A stretch of DNA of 64,000 nt from Polyangia bacterium (GCA_035258845.1 DATFWX010000154.1:2659-66658); one strand, 5' to 3'; positions 8,633 through 18,967 are shown, counted from the first letter of the stretch. A program made the numbers and translations. The notes: generated by a model from the letters alone, not told the origin.

Positions 8633-8941
8633 ATGGAAGCACGTATGCGCATTGCCACCGGAGTGAAGCTGTTCATGGGTGTGAAGGTGGATCAGAAAAT
8701 CCGGGAGCAGCTCGAGCAGTGCAGCGACATCGACAAGCGCTACTTCGCGGCCGGCGACCCCGATTACCTCACCTTCGCCGAAGAACCCGACGGTGCCAGG
8801 TATCTGGGGCGCGCGCTGGGCGAAGAGGTCACGACCGACGATCTGGACGACATCCGCCGCAACATCCTCTCCATCTTGAAGCGCGTCGCCCCCTCGGTCC
8901 GGCCGGAGCGCGCCCTGATCATGCTGCCTTGCACCCTGTGA
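8633..8941 (+). CDS. hypothetical protein
   Basis: 102-aa ORF with a coding-like third-position GC pattern. No recognisable domain. Confidence 0.45.
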   Translation: MEARMRIATGVKLFMGVKVDQKIREQLEQCSDIDKRYFAAGDPDYLTFAEEPDGARYLGRALGEEVTTDDLDDIRRNILSILKRVAPSVRPERALIMLPCTL

Positions 8942-8970
8942 CGCGGTGGCGTTAAACTGGAACGGGGGCG

Positions 8971-9702
8971 ATGTCCGTTCTGGTGCTGCTGGTCCACCTC
9001 CTTTTTGGCGGCGGTGAGCTGACCGCGCAGCAGATCCTCGAGCAGACCGACAAGGAGACACACGGCCACAAGGACTTCTATGCGCGCATCAAGATAAAGA
9101 TCGGCGGCGGCTCCCCGGTCGACCCCACGATCGAGGTCCTGCAGAAGGTGGTGGGCGGCAAGCAGATGCGGCTGATCCGCTTCATGGAGCCGCCCGACTT
9201 CCGCGGTATGGGCGTGCTGGCCGAGGGTCGCGACATCATGTACGTCTATCTGCCTGGCTTCGACAAGGTGCGCCGTATCGGCGCCCACGCGCGCACCCAG
9301 AGCTTCATGGGCTCCGATTTTACCTACGATGATCTGGGCCAGAGCGTGCTGGCGCCCGATTACGAGGCCAGCCTGGTCAGCACCACCGCCGCCGAGTGGG
9401 TGCTCGACCTGCGCCCCCGTCCCGGCCGCGACCCCTCGTTCGCGCGGCTGCGCGTCACCATCGTCCGCAAGTGCATGCAGATCTCCAAGCTCGAGTACTA
9501 CGACGCCGCCGGGGTCAAGGTCCGCACCAGTCTGCGCGACATGGAATTCAGCACGGCACCGCACTGTCCGGTCCGGCACATCTCCATGGTCACCCACACG
9601 CGTGGCGAGCACCGCACCGAGGGTGACGTCCTGTTTTACAAGCTCGATGGGGGCCTGAGCGACGAGCTCTTCACCGTGCGATCGCTGGCGCGTGGCAATT
9701 AG
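8971..9702 (+). CDS. outer-membrane lipoprotein-sorting (LolA-like) protein
   Basis: N-terminal signal peptide. ...MRLIRFMEPPDFRGMGVL...MYVYLPGFDKVRRI...QSFMGSDFTYDDL... is typical of the LolA-like / DUF1329-type family. Confidence 0.7.
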   Translation: MSVLVLLVHLLFGGGELTAQQILEQTDKETHGHKDFYARIKIKIGGGSPVDPTIEVLQKVVGGKQMRLIRFMEPPDFRGMGVLAEGRDIMYVYLPGFDKVRRIGAHARTQSFMGSDFTYDDLGQSVLAPDYEASLVSTTAAEWVLDLRPRPGRDPSFARLRVTIVRKCMQISKLEYYDAAGVKVRTSLRDMEFSTAPHCPVRHISMVTHTRGEHRTEGDVLFYKLDGGLSDELFTVRSLARGN

Positions 9703-11200
9703 GTCGGTCGCGCTCGCGCTGGTCCTTCAGGCCGCGCGCGTGGCTGCGGCCCAGGAAGCCCCAGCACCGGCCATCGATCTCAAGCTCTCGGGCTCGCTCT
9801 ACAACGACGTGCGTTACGTGGTGGCCGAGAAAAACCTCGACGGCGGCGCGCTGGCGGTCCCGACCGGCTTCGACCGCAACGACACCCGCCTGCGCTGGAA
9901 GGCCGTCGCGCGCGCGGGCGAGCACGCCAAGGGCGTCGCCGACGTCGAGCTGGTGTGGACCGGTTTTTCGCGCGTGCCCTATGTCGGCCAGCTGCCGCCG
10001 CGCCCCGACGCCACCCTGGACGATCTGTCCAATCGCCTGGTCATCGATCCGCTCTATGTCAACGCCTACGCGGCTTATGTGGACTTGTACAAGGTCGCGC
10101 CCGGGCTCGACCTGCGCCTGGGCCGTCAGGTCACGACCTGGGGCACCGCCGACAAGTTCAACCCGACCAACAATCTGAACCCGCTCGACTTCGAGGATCC
10201 GCTCCGCTTCGGCGAGGGCATCTCCAACGACATGGTGCGCGCCGACTGGAACCCGCGCGGCGACTTTATCGTGACCATGGTGTGGGTGCCCCTCTTCCGG
10301 CCCGCGCGGCTGCCGCGCACCGCGCCCCTCGGGTTGGAGTCGCTGGCCCGCCTGCCCTTCCAGGACGACGATTTCCGGCACCTGGTGAGCTCTCTGGTTC
10401 CGCCCGGCATTCTGGTACGCGCGCATCCTTTGCTGCCGCCTACCGACCTCCAAGATTCCCAGGTGGCGGTCAAGGTGGCGGGCCGGATCGGGACCTACGA
10501 CCTGTCGCTCAGCTACTACAACGGCCGCCATGATCTGCCGACTCCCGTGCACGCGCTGGCCTCGATCGAAGCCGGACAGCTGGTGGCCGATGTGACGCTC
10601 GGCTATCCGCGCATGCAGGTGATTGGCTTCGATTCGGCGGGCTCGCTGCCGTGGCTTTATGACCTGGGCTACTGGATCGAGGGCGCAGTCGTGTTTCCGC
10701 AAGAGATCCGCCTGGGCGTGGACGTGGCCATCCCCGGGCAACCATCGCGCCTTTTGGACGCCAGCGGCCAGAACCCACTCACCGTGGCATCGACACCGTA
10801 TCTCAAGGCCACCGTCGGGGCCGACTACACGGTGGGCCCGCACAGCTACGTCAATGCCCAGTATGTCCACGGGTTCATCGACGAGTTCGGGGGTGGCCGC
10901 ACGATCTGGCGGGCCTCGTTCGATCCGGGCCGCGAAGTGACCGCACCGCGCGAGGGCGACTATGCGGTCGCGGGCACCGACCTCAAGCTGCTGCGCGATC
11001 GGCTCCTGCTGCGCCTGTTCGTGGTCTACGACCTCAACGACGGCAGCGCGGTCGTGTTTCCGCAGTCCATTCTGACCGGAAGCGGTGCCACCGAGCTGAC
11101 CGTGGGCGCCTTCCTGTTCGTGGGCTCGCCGGTGACCAAGTTCGGCGATCCGGCGGCCGGGGGCTCGCAGGTGTTCGCGCGCGCCAAGATCAGCTGGTGA
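9692..11200 (+). CDS. outer-membrane beta-barrel protein (DUF1302-like)
   Basis: GTG start overlaps the previous stop. Signal peptide ...AARVAAAQEA. Alternating beta-strand pattern with an aromatic C-terminus (...ARAKISW). Confidence 0.65.
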   Translation: MAIRSVALALVLQAARVAAAQEAPAPAIDLKLSGSLYNDVRYVVAEKNLDGGALAVPTGFDRNDTRLRWKAVARAGEHAKGVADVELVWTGFSRVPYVGQLPPRPDATLDDLSNRLVIDPLYVNAYAAYVDLYKVAPGLDLRLGRQVTTWGTADKFNPTNNLNPLDFEDPLRFGEGISNDMVRADWNPRGDFIVTMVWVPLFRPARLPRTAPLGLESLARLPFQDDDFRHLVSSLVPPGILVRAHPLLPPTDLQDSQVAVKVAGRIGTYDLSLSYYNGRHDLPTPVHALASIEAGQLVADVTLGYPRMQVIGFDSAGSLPWLYDLGYWIEGAVVFPQEIRLGVDVAIPGQPSRLLDASGQNPLTVASTPYLKATVGADYTVGPHSYVNAQYVHGFIDEFGGGRTIWRASFDPGREVTAPREGDYAVAGTDLKLLRDRLLLRLFVVYDLNDGSAVVFPQSILTGSGATELTVGAFLFVGSPVTKFGDPAAGGSQVFARAKISW

Positions 11201-11237
11201 TGGCGCGCTGGCCCGGCCAGCGGCATAATCTCGGTCG

Positions 11238-12266
11238 GTGCGGCGCTTTGTCCTGGTAGCCGTCCTGGCGGCCGCGTGCGATCCTTATCGAGAGGGCGAA
11301 CGCCTGCTGCTTTCGTCCGACCCGCGCGCGGCCGCGGCCGCCATTCACCCCAAGGACGAGCGCGGGCATAGGCTGCGCGCGCACGCGCTTCTGGCCGCCG
11401 GCGAGCCCGAGGAGGCCCGCATCGAGGCCCGCATGGCAATCGCGCTCAGGCCGCGCGACGCCGAGGCGTGGCTGGTGCTGGCGCGCATCGAGCGCGCGTC
11501 CGGACGACCCGGCGCCGCGCTGGCCGCGGTCGAGAACGCAGCCGAGCGGGCGCCCGAGCGCCACGATTTCGATCGCCTGCGCGCCGAGCTGCTGCTCGAG
11601 CGGGCGCGCGCGCTCGCGGAGATCGGCAAGCGGAACGCGGCCGAGCGTGATTTTCAGGCCGTGCTGCGCTTGCAACCGGGGCTAGGCGCCGAGGTGGCGC
11701 AGGCCCGCGTTCCCCCGGCGACCGCGCCCGCACGCGCGGTGGTCCAGCCCGCGCCGGCGGTGGCGGCGCGCTTCCAGGCCGGCGCCCGCCAGAGCGCGCT
11801 CGATGCGCTCGCCGACTGGGTGGGGGCCGAGCCCGCGGTCAGCCTGCGCGCCCCGGCCGCCATTCAGATCCTGGAAGCAGCCGGCGAAAAGGAGGCTGCC
11901 GTGGGATTGCAGGAGCGGGTGGTGGCCGAGGACCCGACCGATGTGCCAGCGCGCATCGAGCTGGCGCGGCTCTTCATCGCGGCCGGCAAAAGCCCGCGTG
12001 CGGGCCAGGAGATCGACGAGGCGGTGTGGGTGGCGCACGATCGCGCGGCCGCCATGCGCCAGGCCGCGGCCATGCTCGAGCGGGCCGGCCAGCGGCGCCA
12101 GGCCTGCAGCTGGCTCGGGCGCGCGCTTGCGTTTGGGGTGGAGCCGCATGGCCTGCGTGCGCTCGGTGAGTGCCTCCAGCGCGACGGACAGACCGAGCAG
12201 GCGCGCGCCATTTTCGATCGCGCCTGCTCGCTCGATCCCGATTGTCACCCGGCGGCGACGCGCTGA
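11238..12266 (+). CDS. TPR-repeat lipoprotein
   Basis: VRRFVLVAVLAAAC (lipobox). Repeated A/L/E/R-rich TPR-like helices. Confidence 0.6.
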   Translation: MRRFVLVAVLAAACDPYREGERLLLSSDPRAAAAAIHPKDERGHRLRAHALLAAGEPEEARIEARMAIALRPRDAEAWLVLARIERASGRPGAALAAVENAAERAPERHDFDRLRAELLLERARALAEIGKRNAAERDFQAVLRLQPGLGAEVAQARVPPATAPARAVVQPAPAVAARFQAGARQSALDALADWVGAEPAVSLRAPAAIQILEAAGEKEAAVGLQERVVAEDPTDVPARIELARLFIAAGKSPRAGQEIDEAVWVAHDRAAAMRQAAAMLERAGQRRQACSWLGRALAFGVEPHGLRALGECLQRDGQTEQARAIFDRACSLDPDCHPAATR

Positions 12267-12337
12267 GAGCCGCGGCCGAAAGGGCCCGCGGGAACTTTTT
12301 GGCCGCTCAATCGTGTAGGTTTCCAGATGAGGCCGCG

Positions 12338-12910
12338 ATGAGCGAGCTCGATGCGGCGACGCTTTCTGCCTGTCGGCACGGCGACGCGCGCGCATTCGAG
12401 GCCCTGGTGCGGGCTCATCAGGACGCCGTCTTCGCGCTGTGCGTGGCCCTGGCCGGCGCGGACGCCGAGGACCTGGCCCAGGAGACGTTCGTGCGTGTGC
12501 ACCGATCGATTCGCAGCTTCGACCCGGCCGGCCCGGCCACGCTCAAGACCTGGATCCTGCGCATCGCGCGCCATCAGTGCCAGGACCGCGCGCGGGCAGC
12601 CCGGCTGCGTGTCGAGCGCGCGCTGGCGCCGGGAGCCGAGCCGCCCGCGACCGAGCAGAGCCCCGAGGAGCGGGCCCTGGCGGCCGACCTGGGCCAGCGT
12701 CTGCGGACCGCTATCGCGGCGCTGCCCGAGGAGCAGCGCGCGGTGATCGCGCTGCGCGAGTGGAACGGGCTCGAGTACGAGGCCATTGCGGCGCTCGAGG
12801 GCGTCCCCATCGGAACCGTGCGCTCGCGCCTGGCGCGCGCACGCGAGGCTTTGCGGGCGGCTCTGGCCGAGGACGCCGCCGGGAGGAACCAGCGTGCCTG
12901 CGGACGTTGA
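12338..12910 (+). CDS. ECF-type RNA polymerase sigma-70 family factor
   Basis: Start at Met57 of ORF 12170..12910. Region 2 ...DLAQETFVRVHRSIRSFD... and region 4 ...EYEAIAALEGVPIGTVRSRLARAREAL... Confidence 0.85.
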   Translation: MSELDAATLSACRHGDARAFEALVRAHQDAVFALCVALAGADAEDLAQETFVRVHRSIRSFDPAGPATLKTWILRIARHQCQDRARAARLRVERALAPGAEPPATEQSPEERALAADLGQRLRTAIAALPEEQRAVIALREWNGLEYEAIAALEGVPIGTVRSRLARAREALRAALAEDAAGRNQRACGR

Positions 12911-14015
12911 CACCTACCTCGATGAGCTGCTTCGCCGCGCCGCGCCGGCCGCGCCCGCGGGCTTCGCGCCGCGGGTGATGGCTCGCCTGCAGGCGCAGGC
13001 GCGAGACCGCCGGCGACGCCGCCTGGCCGCCGCCGCGGCCAGCGTCCTCGCATGCGCGGCCGCAACCCTGGTCGTGCTGACGCGCGCGCACACGCCTCAT
13101 CCAGGCGGCGAATGGCAGCTCGTGGAAGCGCGCGGGGTGCCGGGGCAGCGCGCCGGCAACTGGCTTCCGTCCCAGACATCGCTTTCGGTCGACCGCCATG
13201 GGCTGGCGCGGCTTGCGCGCGCAGGGGGCGCCGAGGTGGCCTGTGCCGGTGGAACCTCTGCGCGGGTGGCACCCGACGGGGTCGCGCTCGATCAGGGAGC
13301 GGTGCGCCTTCACGAAGACGGCACCATGGCGGCGACCGAACTGGCGCGCGTGACCGCCCTGGGCGCGGGCGCGCAAGTTGAGGTGGGGCTGCAGCGAAGC
13401 CCCGCCCCGGTGCTCACCGCGTACGCGGCGCGGGGCGGTGCGCGCGTCGAGGCCTTCGATCCGCCGAGCACGACTCTTCTGGCTCAGGGCGACCGCACGC
13501 TGCTGCAGCGGGGCCGGCCCGCGGCCACGCTCCGCGCATCGGGCCCGGTCGCGTCCATCCAGCCCGCGTCGCTACCGCCCGCCGCCACGCGCGTGCCCGC
13601 GCCCGGCGGGGCCGCCCCGCCGAGGCGCTCCAAGAGGCAAACGTCCGCGGGCGAGCGGGCGGAAACGCCGGCCCCCCGGGCGGCCGCGATCGACAAGGAA
13701 AGCATTCACGCCGCCATGCAGTCGATCATGAACCGGGTCAAGGAATGCTACGAGGAAGCGCGCAAACGCGATCCCAAGCTGGCCGGCCGTCTGGCCATTC
13801 GCTTCGCCATCCGCGCGCACGACGGCCAGGGCCGCGTCGACGAAGGCGAGATCGATCCCGACCTGGACGAGCTGCAGGCGCCGCTCATGGAGCAGTGCGT
13901 GCTCAACGCGGTCGGGCAGCTGACCTTCCCGGTTCCGTCGTGCCCGCAAGGCGACTGCTCCGTGCAGGTAACCTACCCGCTTCAGTTCGAATTCGTCGAC
14001 CTCGAAAAAAAGTAA
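12894..14015 (+). CDS. anti-sigma factor with C-terminal AgmX/TonB-C-like domain
   Basis: GTG at 12894 follows GGGAGGA and overlaps the sigma gene stop. One TM segment (RRLAAAAASVLACAAATLVVL). C-terminus ...MNRVKECYEEARKRDPKLAGRLAIRFAI...GRV... is AgmX/PglI-type. Confidence 0.7.
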   Translation: MPADVDTYLDELLRRAAPAAPAGFAPRVMARLQAQARDRRRRRLAAAAASVLACAAATLVVLTRAHTPHPGGEWQLVEARGVPGQRAGNWLPSQTSLSVDRHGLARLARAGGAEVACAGGTSARVAPDGVALDQGAVRLHEDGTMAATELARVTALGAGAQVEVGLQRSPAPVLTAYAARGGARVEAFDPPSTTLLAQGDRTLLQRGRPAATLRASGPVASIQPASLPPAATRVPAPGGAAPPRRSKRQTSAGERAETPAPRAAAIDKESIHAAMQSIMNRVKECYEEARKRDPKLAGRLAIRFAIRAHDGQGRVDEGEIDPDLDELQAPLMEQCVLNAVGQLTFPVPSCPQGDCSVQVTYPLQFEFVDLEKK

Positions 14016-14016
14016 G

Positions 14017-15189
14017 CTAGCCGCGTCCGAGATTGCAGAACTGATCGTAGTCGATAAGCTCGATCTTGGACCGGTCGACGCCCACTCCGCAGGTCGGGCA
14101 GGCCGGGTCGCGGCGCAGCTTGAGCTCGCGGAACCGGGTCTTGAGCGCGTCGAACACCAGCAGGCGGCCAGCCAACGTGTGCGGCTTGCCGAGAATGATC
14201 TTGATGGCCTCGTTGACTTGCAGCGATCCAATCACCCCGCACAGCACGCCCAGCACACCCGCCTCCTGGCACGACGGCGCCATCTCGGGCGGGGGCGGGG
14301 TCGGGTACAGGCACCGGTAACAGGGTCCCTGATCCGGAATGAAGCAGGTCACCTGGCCCTCGAACCTGTAGATCGACGCGTGCACGATGGGCTTGCCCAG
14401 CCGCAGCGAGGCGTCGTTGAGCAGGTAGCGCGTCTGAAAATTGTCCGCGCCGTCGACGATCACGTCGTACTGCGAGATCACGTCGAGCACGTTGTCGCGG
14501 GTCAGGCGGGCCTCGTGCCCCACCACCTTGACGTCCGGATTGAGCCCCGCGATCGTGCGCGCCGCCGACCGCACCTTGGGCGTGCCCACCCGATCGACCG
14601 CGTGGATGATCTGGCGCTGCAGGTTCGACTCATCGACCACATCGTTGTCGATCAGGCCCAGCGTGCCCACGCCCGCGGCGGCCAGATAGAGCGCGGCCGG
14701 CGAGCCCAGACCGCCCGCTCCGATGCACAGAACGCGCGCGCGCAGCAGCGCAACCTGCCCCTCCTCACCCACCTCGGGCAGCATGATGTGCCGCGAGTAG
14801 CGCATCTGCTGCTGCTGGGTCATCACGAACGGCTTGTCGAAGTCGAGCCCGGCCCGCTTCCAGGCCGCAAAGCCGCCGATCATCGACTGCACGTCCTGAT
14901 AGCCCAGCTCGCGCAGCGAGCGCGCGGCCAGCGCCGAGCGGGTGCCACCCGCGCAGTACAAGATCACGGGCTTTCCCTTGTCGGGCACCTGATCCTCGAT
15001 GCGCAGCTCCAGAAAGCCGCGCGGGATCCACTTTGCGCCCGGGATGAAGCCCTCGACCCACTCGTCGCGCTCCCGCACATCGACCAGGGCGACGCCATTG
15101 CCGGTCGCGACCGCCCGCTTGACGTCCTCGAGCGTGCACTCGACGATCTCGCCCTTGACCTTGCTCACCAACTCCTGCGCATTCGGCAT
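14017..15189 (-). CDS. moeB: ThiF/MoeB-family adenylyltransferase with an N-terminal rhodanese domain
   Basis: Residues about 15-115 are rhodanese (ILYCAGGTRS active-site loop). They are followed by ...RYSRHIMLPEVGEEGQ..VLCIGAGGLGSPAALYLAAAGVG... and CYRC/CPTC zinc motifs. Confidence 0.8.
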   Translation of the reverse strand: MPNAQELVSKVKGEIVECTLEDVKRAVATGNGVALVDVRERDEWVEGFIPGAKWIPRGFLELRIEDQVPDKGKPVILYCAGGTRSALAARSLRELGYQDVQSMIGGFAAWKRAGLDFDKPFVMTQQQQMRYSRHIMLPEVGEEGQVALLRARVLCIGAGGLGSPAALYLAAAGVGTLGLIDNDVVDESNLQRQIIHAVDRVGTPKVRSAARTIAGLNPDVKVVGHEARLTRDNVLDVISQYDVIVDGADNFQTRYLLNDASLRLGKPIVHASIYRFEGQVTCFIPDQGPCYRCLYPTPPPPEMAPSCQEAGVLGVLCGVIGSLQVNEAIKIILGKPHTLAGRLLVFDALKTRFRELKLRRDPACPTCGVGVDRSKIELIDYDQFCNLGRG

Positions 15190-15244
15190 GATTAGACCTT
15201 TGGATGCTGCGCCGACACCTTTATGGCATCTCTCCGCATCGTCT

Positions 15245-15273
15245 CAGATAACGTTAACCCATCGACTTGTCAA
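15245..15273 (-). promoter_or_regulatory. candidate sigma-70-type promoter for the moeB-like gene
   Basis: Minus strand reads TTGACA (15273-15268), a 17-nt spacer, then TATCTG (15250-15245). It lies about 55 nt upstream of the ATG at 15189. Confidence 0.35.
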
Positions 15274-15284
15274 TGGTTTCCAGC

Positions 15285-15313
15285 TTGACATAAGATCAGC
15301 CTGCCATTATCTT
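15285..15313 (+). promoter_or_regulatory. candidate sigma-70-type promoter for the SUOX-fold/nuoB operon
   Basis: TTGACA (15285-15290), a 17-nt spacer, then TATCTT (15308-15313). It lies about 28 nt upstream of the ATG at 15341. Confidence 0.35.
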
Positions 15314-15340
15314 ACCTTACGGAAGCCCGAGGCTGCCAAG

Positions 15341-15937
15341 ATGGTAGTGCATCGTTCGCCCGCCGACCGAACGCCACCCGGTCAGATCCTGACCGAGAAG
15401 TGGCCGGTCCTGCACTATGCCTCGGTGCCGCCGGTGAAGCTGGCCCAGTGGCGGTTTCGCATGAGCGGCCTGGTCGAGCAGCCGCTCGACCTCGGGTGGC
15501 AGGAGTTTCGGGCGCTGCCGGCGGTGAGCCTGACCTCGGACTTTCATTGCGTGACCACCTGGAGCCGACTCGACAACACCTGGGAAGGGGTGCGCTTTCA
15601 GAGCCTGCTCGAGCGCACGCGACCGCGCCCGGCCGCGCGGCACGTCATGGTGCGCGCGCTGGACGGCTATGCCACCAACGTGCCCCTTTTGACCTTGCTC
15701 GAGGACGACGTGCTCCTGGCCTGGAGCTGGAACGGCAAGCCGCTGGAGGCGGAGCATGGCGGGCCGCTGCGCCTGGTGGTTCCTAGGCTGTATGGCTGGA
15801 AGAGCGCGAAGTGGGTGTGCTCGGTCGAGCTCATGGAGCACGACCGGCGCGGGTTCTGGGAGGAACGCGGCTATCACAATCGTGCGGATCCCTGGCGCGA
15901 GGAACGCTACTCGTACCAGGAGACGGGAGACGAATAG
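15341..15937 (+). CDS. sulfite-oxidase-fold molybdopterin-binding oxidoreductase (short, no signal peptide)
   Basis: Start at Met115 of ORF 14999..15937. ...SDFHCVTTWSRLDNTWEGV...NGKPLEAEHGGPLRLVVPRLYGWKSAKWV... is the SUOX/YedY-type Moco domain signature. Confidence 0.8.
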   Translation: MVVHRSPADRTPPGQILTEKWPVLHYASVPPVKLAQWRFRMSGLVEQPLDLGWQEFRALPAVSLTSDFHCVTTWSRLDNTWEGVRFQSLLERTRPRPAARHVMVRALDGYATNVPLLTLLEDDVLLAWSWNGKPLEAEHGGPLRLVVPRLYGWKSAKWVCSVELMEHDRRGFWEERGYHNRADPWREERYSYQETGDE

Positions 15938-16453
15938 ATGTCGATGGAGAGCTCGGGCATCCTGCTGACCCGAATCGAGGATCTTCTCAATTGGGGTCGC
16001 AAGAACTCGACCTGGTATCTTTTGTTCGGGACCGCCTGCTGCGCCATCGAGCTCATGCAGACCGGCGGCCCGCGCGGGGACCTCGAGCGCTTCGGCTCGG
16101 CGCCGCGTGCGACCCCGCGCCAGGCCGACCTCATCATCGTGGCGGGCACCATCACCTACAAGATGGCGACCCGGGTCAAGCTCCTGTACGACCAGATGCC
16201 CGAGCCCAAGTACATGATTTCGATGGGCAGCTGCTCCAACTGCGGCGGCTTGTTTCAACTGGCTTACTCGGTCTTGAAAGGGATCGATCAGGTGTGCCCG
16301 GTCGACGTGTATGTGCCCGGCTGCCCGCCGCGTCCAGAAGCGCTGATCGAGGGCCTGCTGCAGATCCAGCGCAAGATGTCCGAGGAGCGCGGCTGGCTCA
16401 AGCGGCTCTGGGCCAAGGGCCGGCGCGCCGTCACGGCCGCGCAAAGTGGCTAG
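15938..16453 (+). CDS. nuoB: NADH-quinone oxidoreductase subunit B-like [4Fe-4S] protein, not within a nuo operon in this window
   Basis: GTACCAIE, GSCSNCGG and VPGCPPRPEAL supply the N2-cluster cysteines. The ATG directly follows the TAG of the upstream gene. Confidence 0.8.
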   Translation: MSMESSGILLTRIEDLLNWGRKNSTWYLLFGTACCAIELMQTGGPRGDLERFGSAPRATPRQADLIIVAGTITYKMATRVKLLYDQMPEPKYMISMGSCSNCGGLFQLAYSVLKGIDQVCPVDVYVPGCPPRPEALIEGLLQIQRKMSEERGWLKRLWAKGRRAVTAAQSG

Positions 16454-16498
16454 TTTGCACGAGCTGGCAAGCATGATTATGCTGTATCAAAGGAGGAA

Positions 16499-16873
16499 AT
16501 GATGTCGGCAGCCGAATCGAATGCACCCGTTCCCGGAATTGATGCCCCCCTGGTCTCGCTCACCGAGTTGGCGGCAACCAAGGTCAAGGAGATCAAGACG
16601 GCCGAGGGGATCGACGAGAACTATGGGCTGCGGCTGCGTGTGGTCGGCGGCGGCTGCTCGGGCTTTTCCTACGATCTTTACTTCGATCAAATCGCCGAGG
16701 GCGATAAGAGCTACGAGTCGCACGGCGTCAAGCTGGTGGTCGATCAGATGAGCCTGATGTACCTCATGGGCACGCAGATCGACTACGTCGAGGGGCTCCA
16801 GGGCGCCGGGTTCAAGTTCAACAACCCGAACGTCAAGAGCACCTGCGGTTGCGGCTCTTCGTTCTCCGCGTAG
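16499..16873 (+). CDS. A-type iron-sulfur cluster carrier (IscA/ErpA/HesB family)
   Basis: ...LRLRVVGGGCSGFSYDLYFD... and C-terminal CGCGSSFSA. Confidence 0.85.
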   Translation: MMSAAESNAPVPGIDAPLVSLTELAATKVKEIKTAEGIDENYGLRLRVVGGGCSGFSYDLYFDQIAEGDKSYESHGVKLVVDQMSLMYLMGTQIDYVEGLQGAGFKFNNPNVKSTCGCGSSFSA

Positions 16874-16880
16874 CTTTCCC

Positions 16881-18263
<1,383 letters not shown>

Positions 18264-18321
18264 CTGTGCGGCCAGTTGCGCCCTCTTGACCACCATGGGA
18301 GGATGAAAAGCGGAGGAAGAG

Positions 18322-18870
18322 ATGCTGGTCCAGGTGTGGTTTGCCCTGGCGCTCCTGCAGCATGCGACCGCGTTCGATCGGGCCGAGGATCTACGGGCCA
18401 TGGGCCGCCTGCGCGAGGCGCTCCTGGCCTATCAGGAGGCCACGCTGAGCCTGGCCGATCCCGCGCCCGCCTACCGCAATGCGGCCATGATCGAGCTGGC
18501 GCTGGGAGACCGCGAGCTGGCGCGCATCGATTACGAGCGCTATCTGCAGCTGCGGCCCAGCTCCGACGACGCGGCCCAGGTACGCGCGGTCATTGCAGAA
18601 TTGGATCGGATCGGAGCGCGCGTGCCGCGCGGCAGTTGCGCGGTGGGCGACCGACTGTTCGACCAGGGGCAGATGAGCCGGGCCGCGCTCGCGTACGAAA
18701 GCTGTCTCAATGAGCGTCCGCGCGATCCGACTCTGTGGCGCCGCTTTGCGCGCAGCCTGATGCGGACCGGCAACCGCGAGGGTGCGCTCGACGCCTACCG
18801 GCGCTACCTGCAGCTCGCGCCCGACGCCCCCGATGCGCTGTTCGTGCGCGCGATCTTGCGCACGGGCTGA
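18322..18870 (+). CDS. TPR-like repeat protein
   Basis: 182 aa with signal-like N-terminus and repeated ...AL.AY..YLQL.P... helices. Confidence 0.55.
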   Translation: MLVQVWFALALLQHATAFDRAEDLRAMGRLREALLAYQEATLSLADPAPAYRNAAMIELALGDRELARIDYERYLQLRPSSDDAAQVRAVIAELDRIGARVPRGSCAVGDRLFDQGQMSRAALAYESCLNERPRDPTLWRRFARSLMRTGNREGALDAYRRYLQLAPDAPDALFVRAILRTG

Positions 18871-18967
18871 TTGGGCTCGGCTTCCGATTTGCCGACCACG
18901 GCCGCGCATAGGGCGTCCTACCAAATCGTGTCATCCCCTCCCCCAACCCGTGTCATCCCGCCCGTGT

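Noticed and set aside
7418-9061. Long antisense or alternative-frame ORFs. Examples: 7418..9061 (-), 16833..18401 (-), 25955..28207 (+), 55213..57420 (+), 58649..60577 (-), 21382..22950 (-).
   Set aside because: Same reasoning as above. Each lies opposite to, or out of frame with, a gene that has recognisable motifs (aminotransferase, GlcD, protease-PD40-Omp85, GT-C, AOR, aroF). Each has a junk-like composition.
15190-15340. Possible Moco riboswitch in the spacer between the moeB-like gene and the Moco-enzyme operon.
   Set aside because: The spacer is only 151 nt and is largely taken up by two promoter-like elements. I could not identify the conserved Moco-motif helices from memory. An Infernal/Rfam scan would be needed to revisit this.
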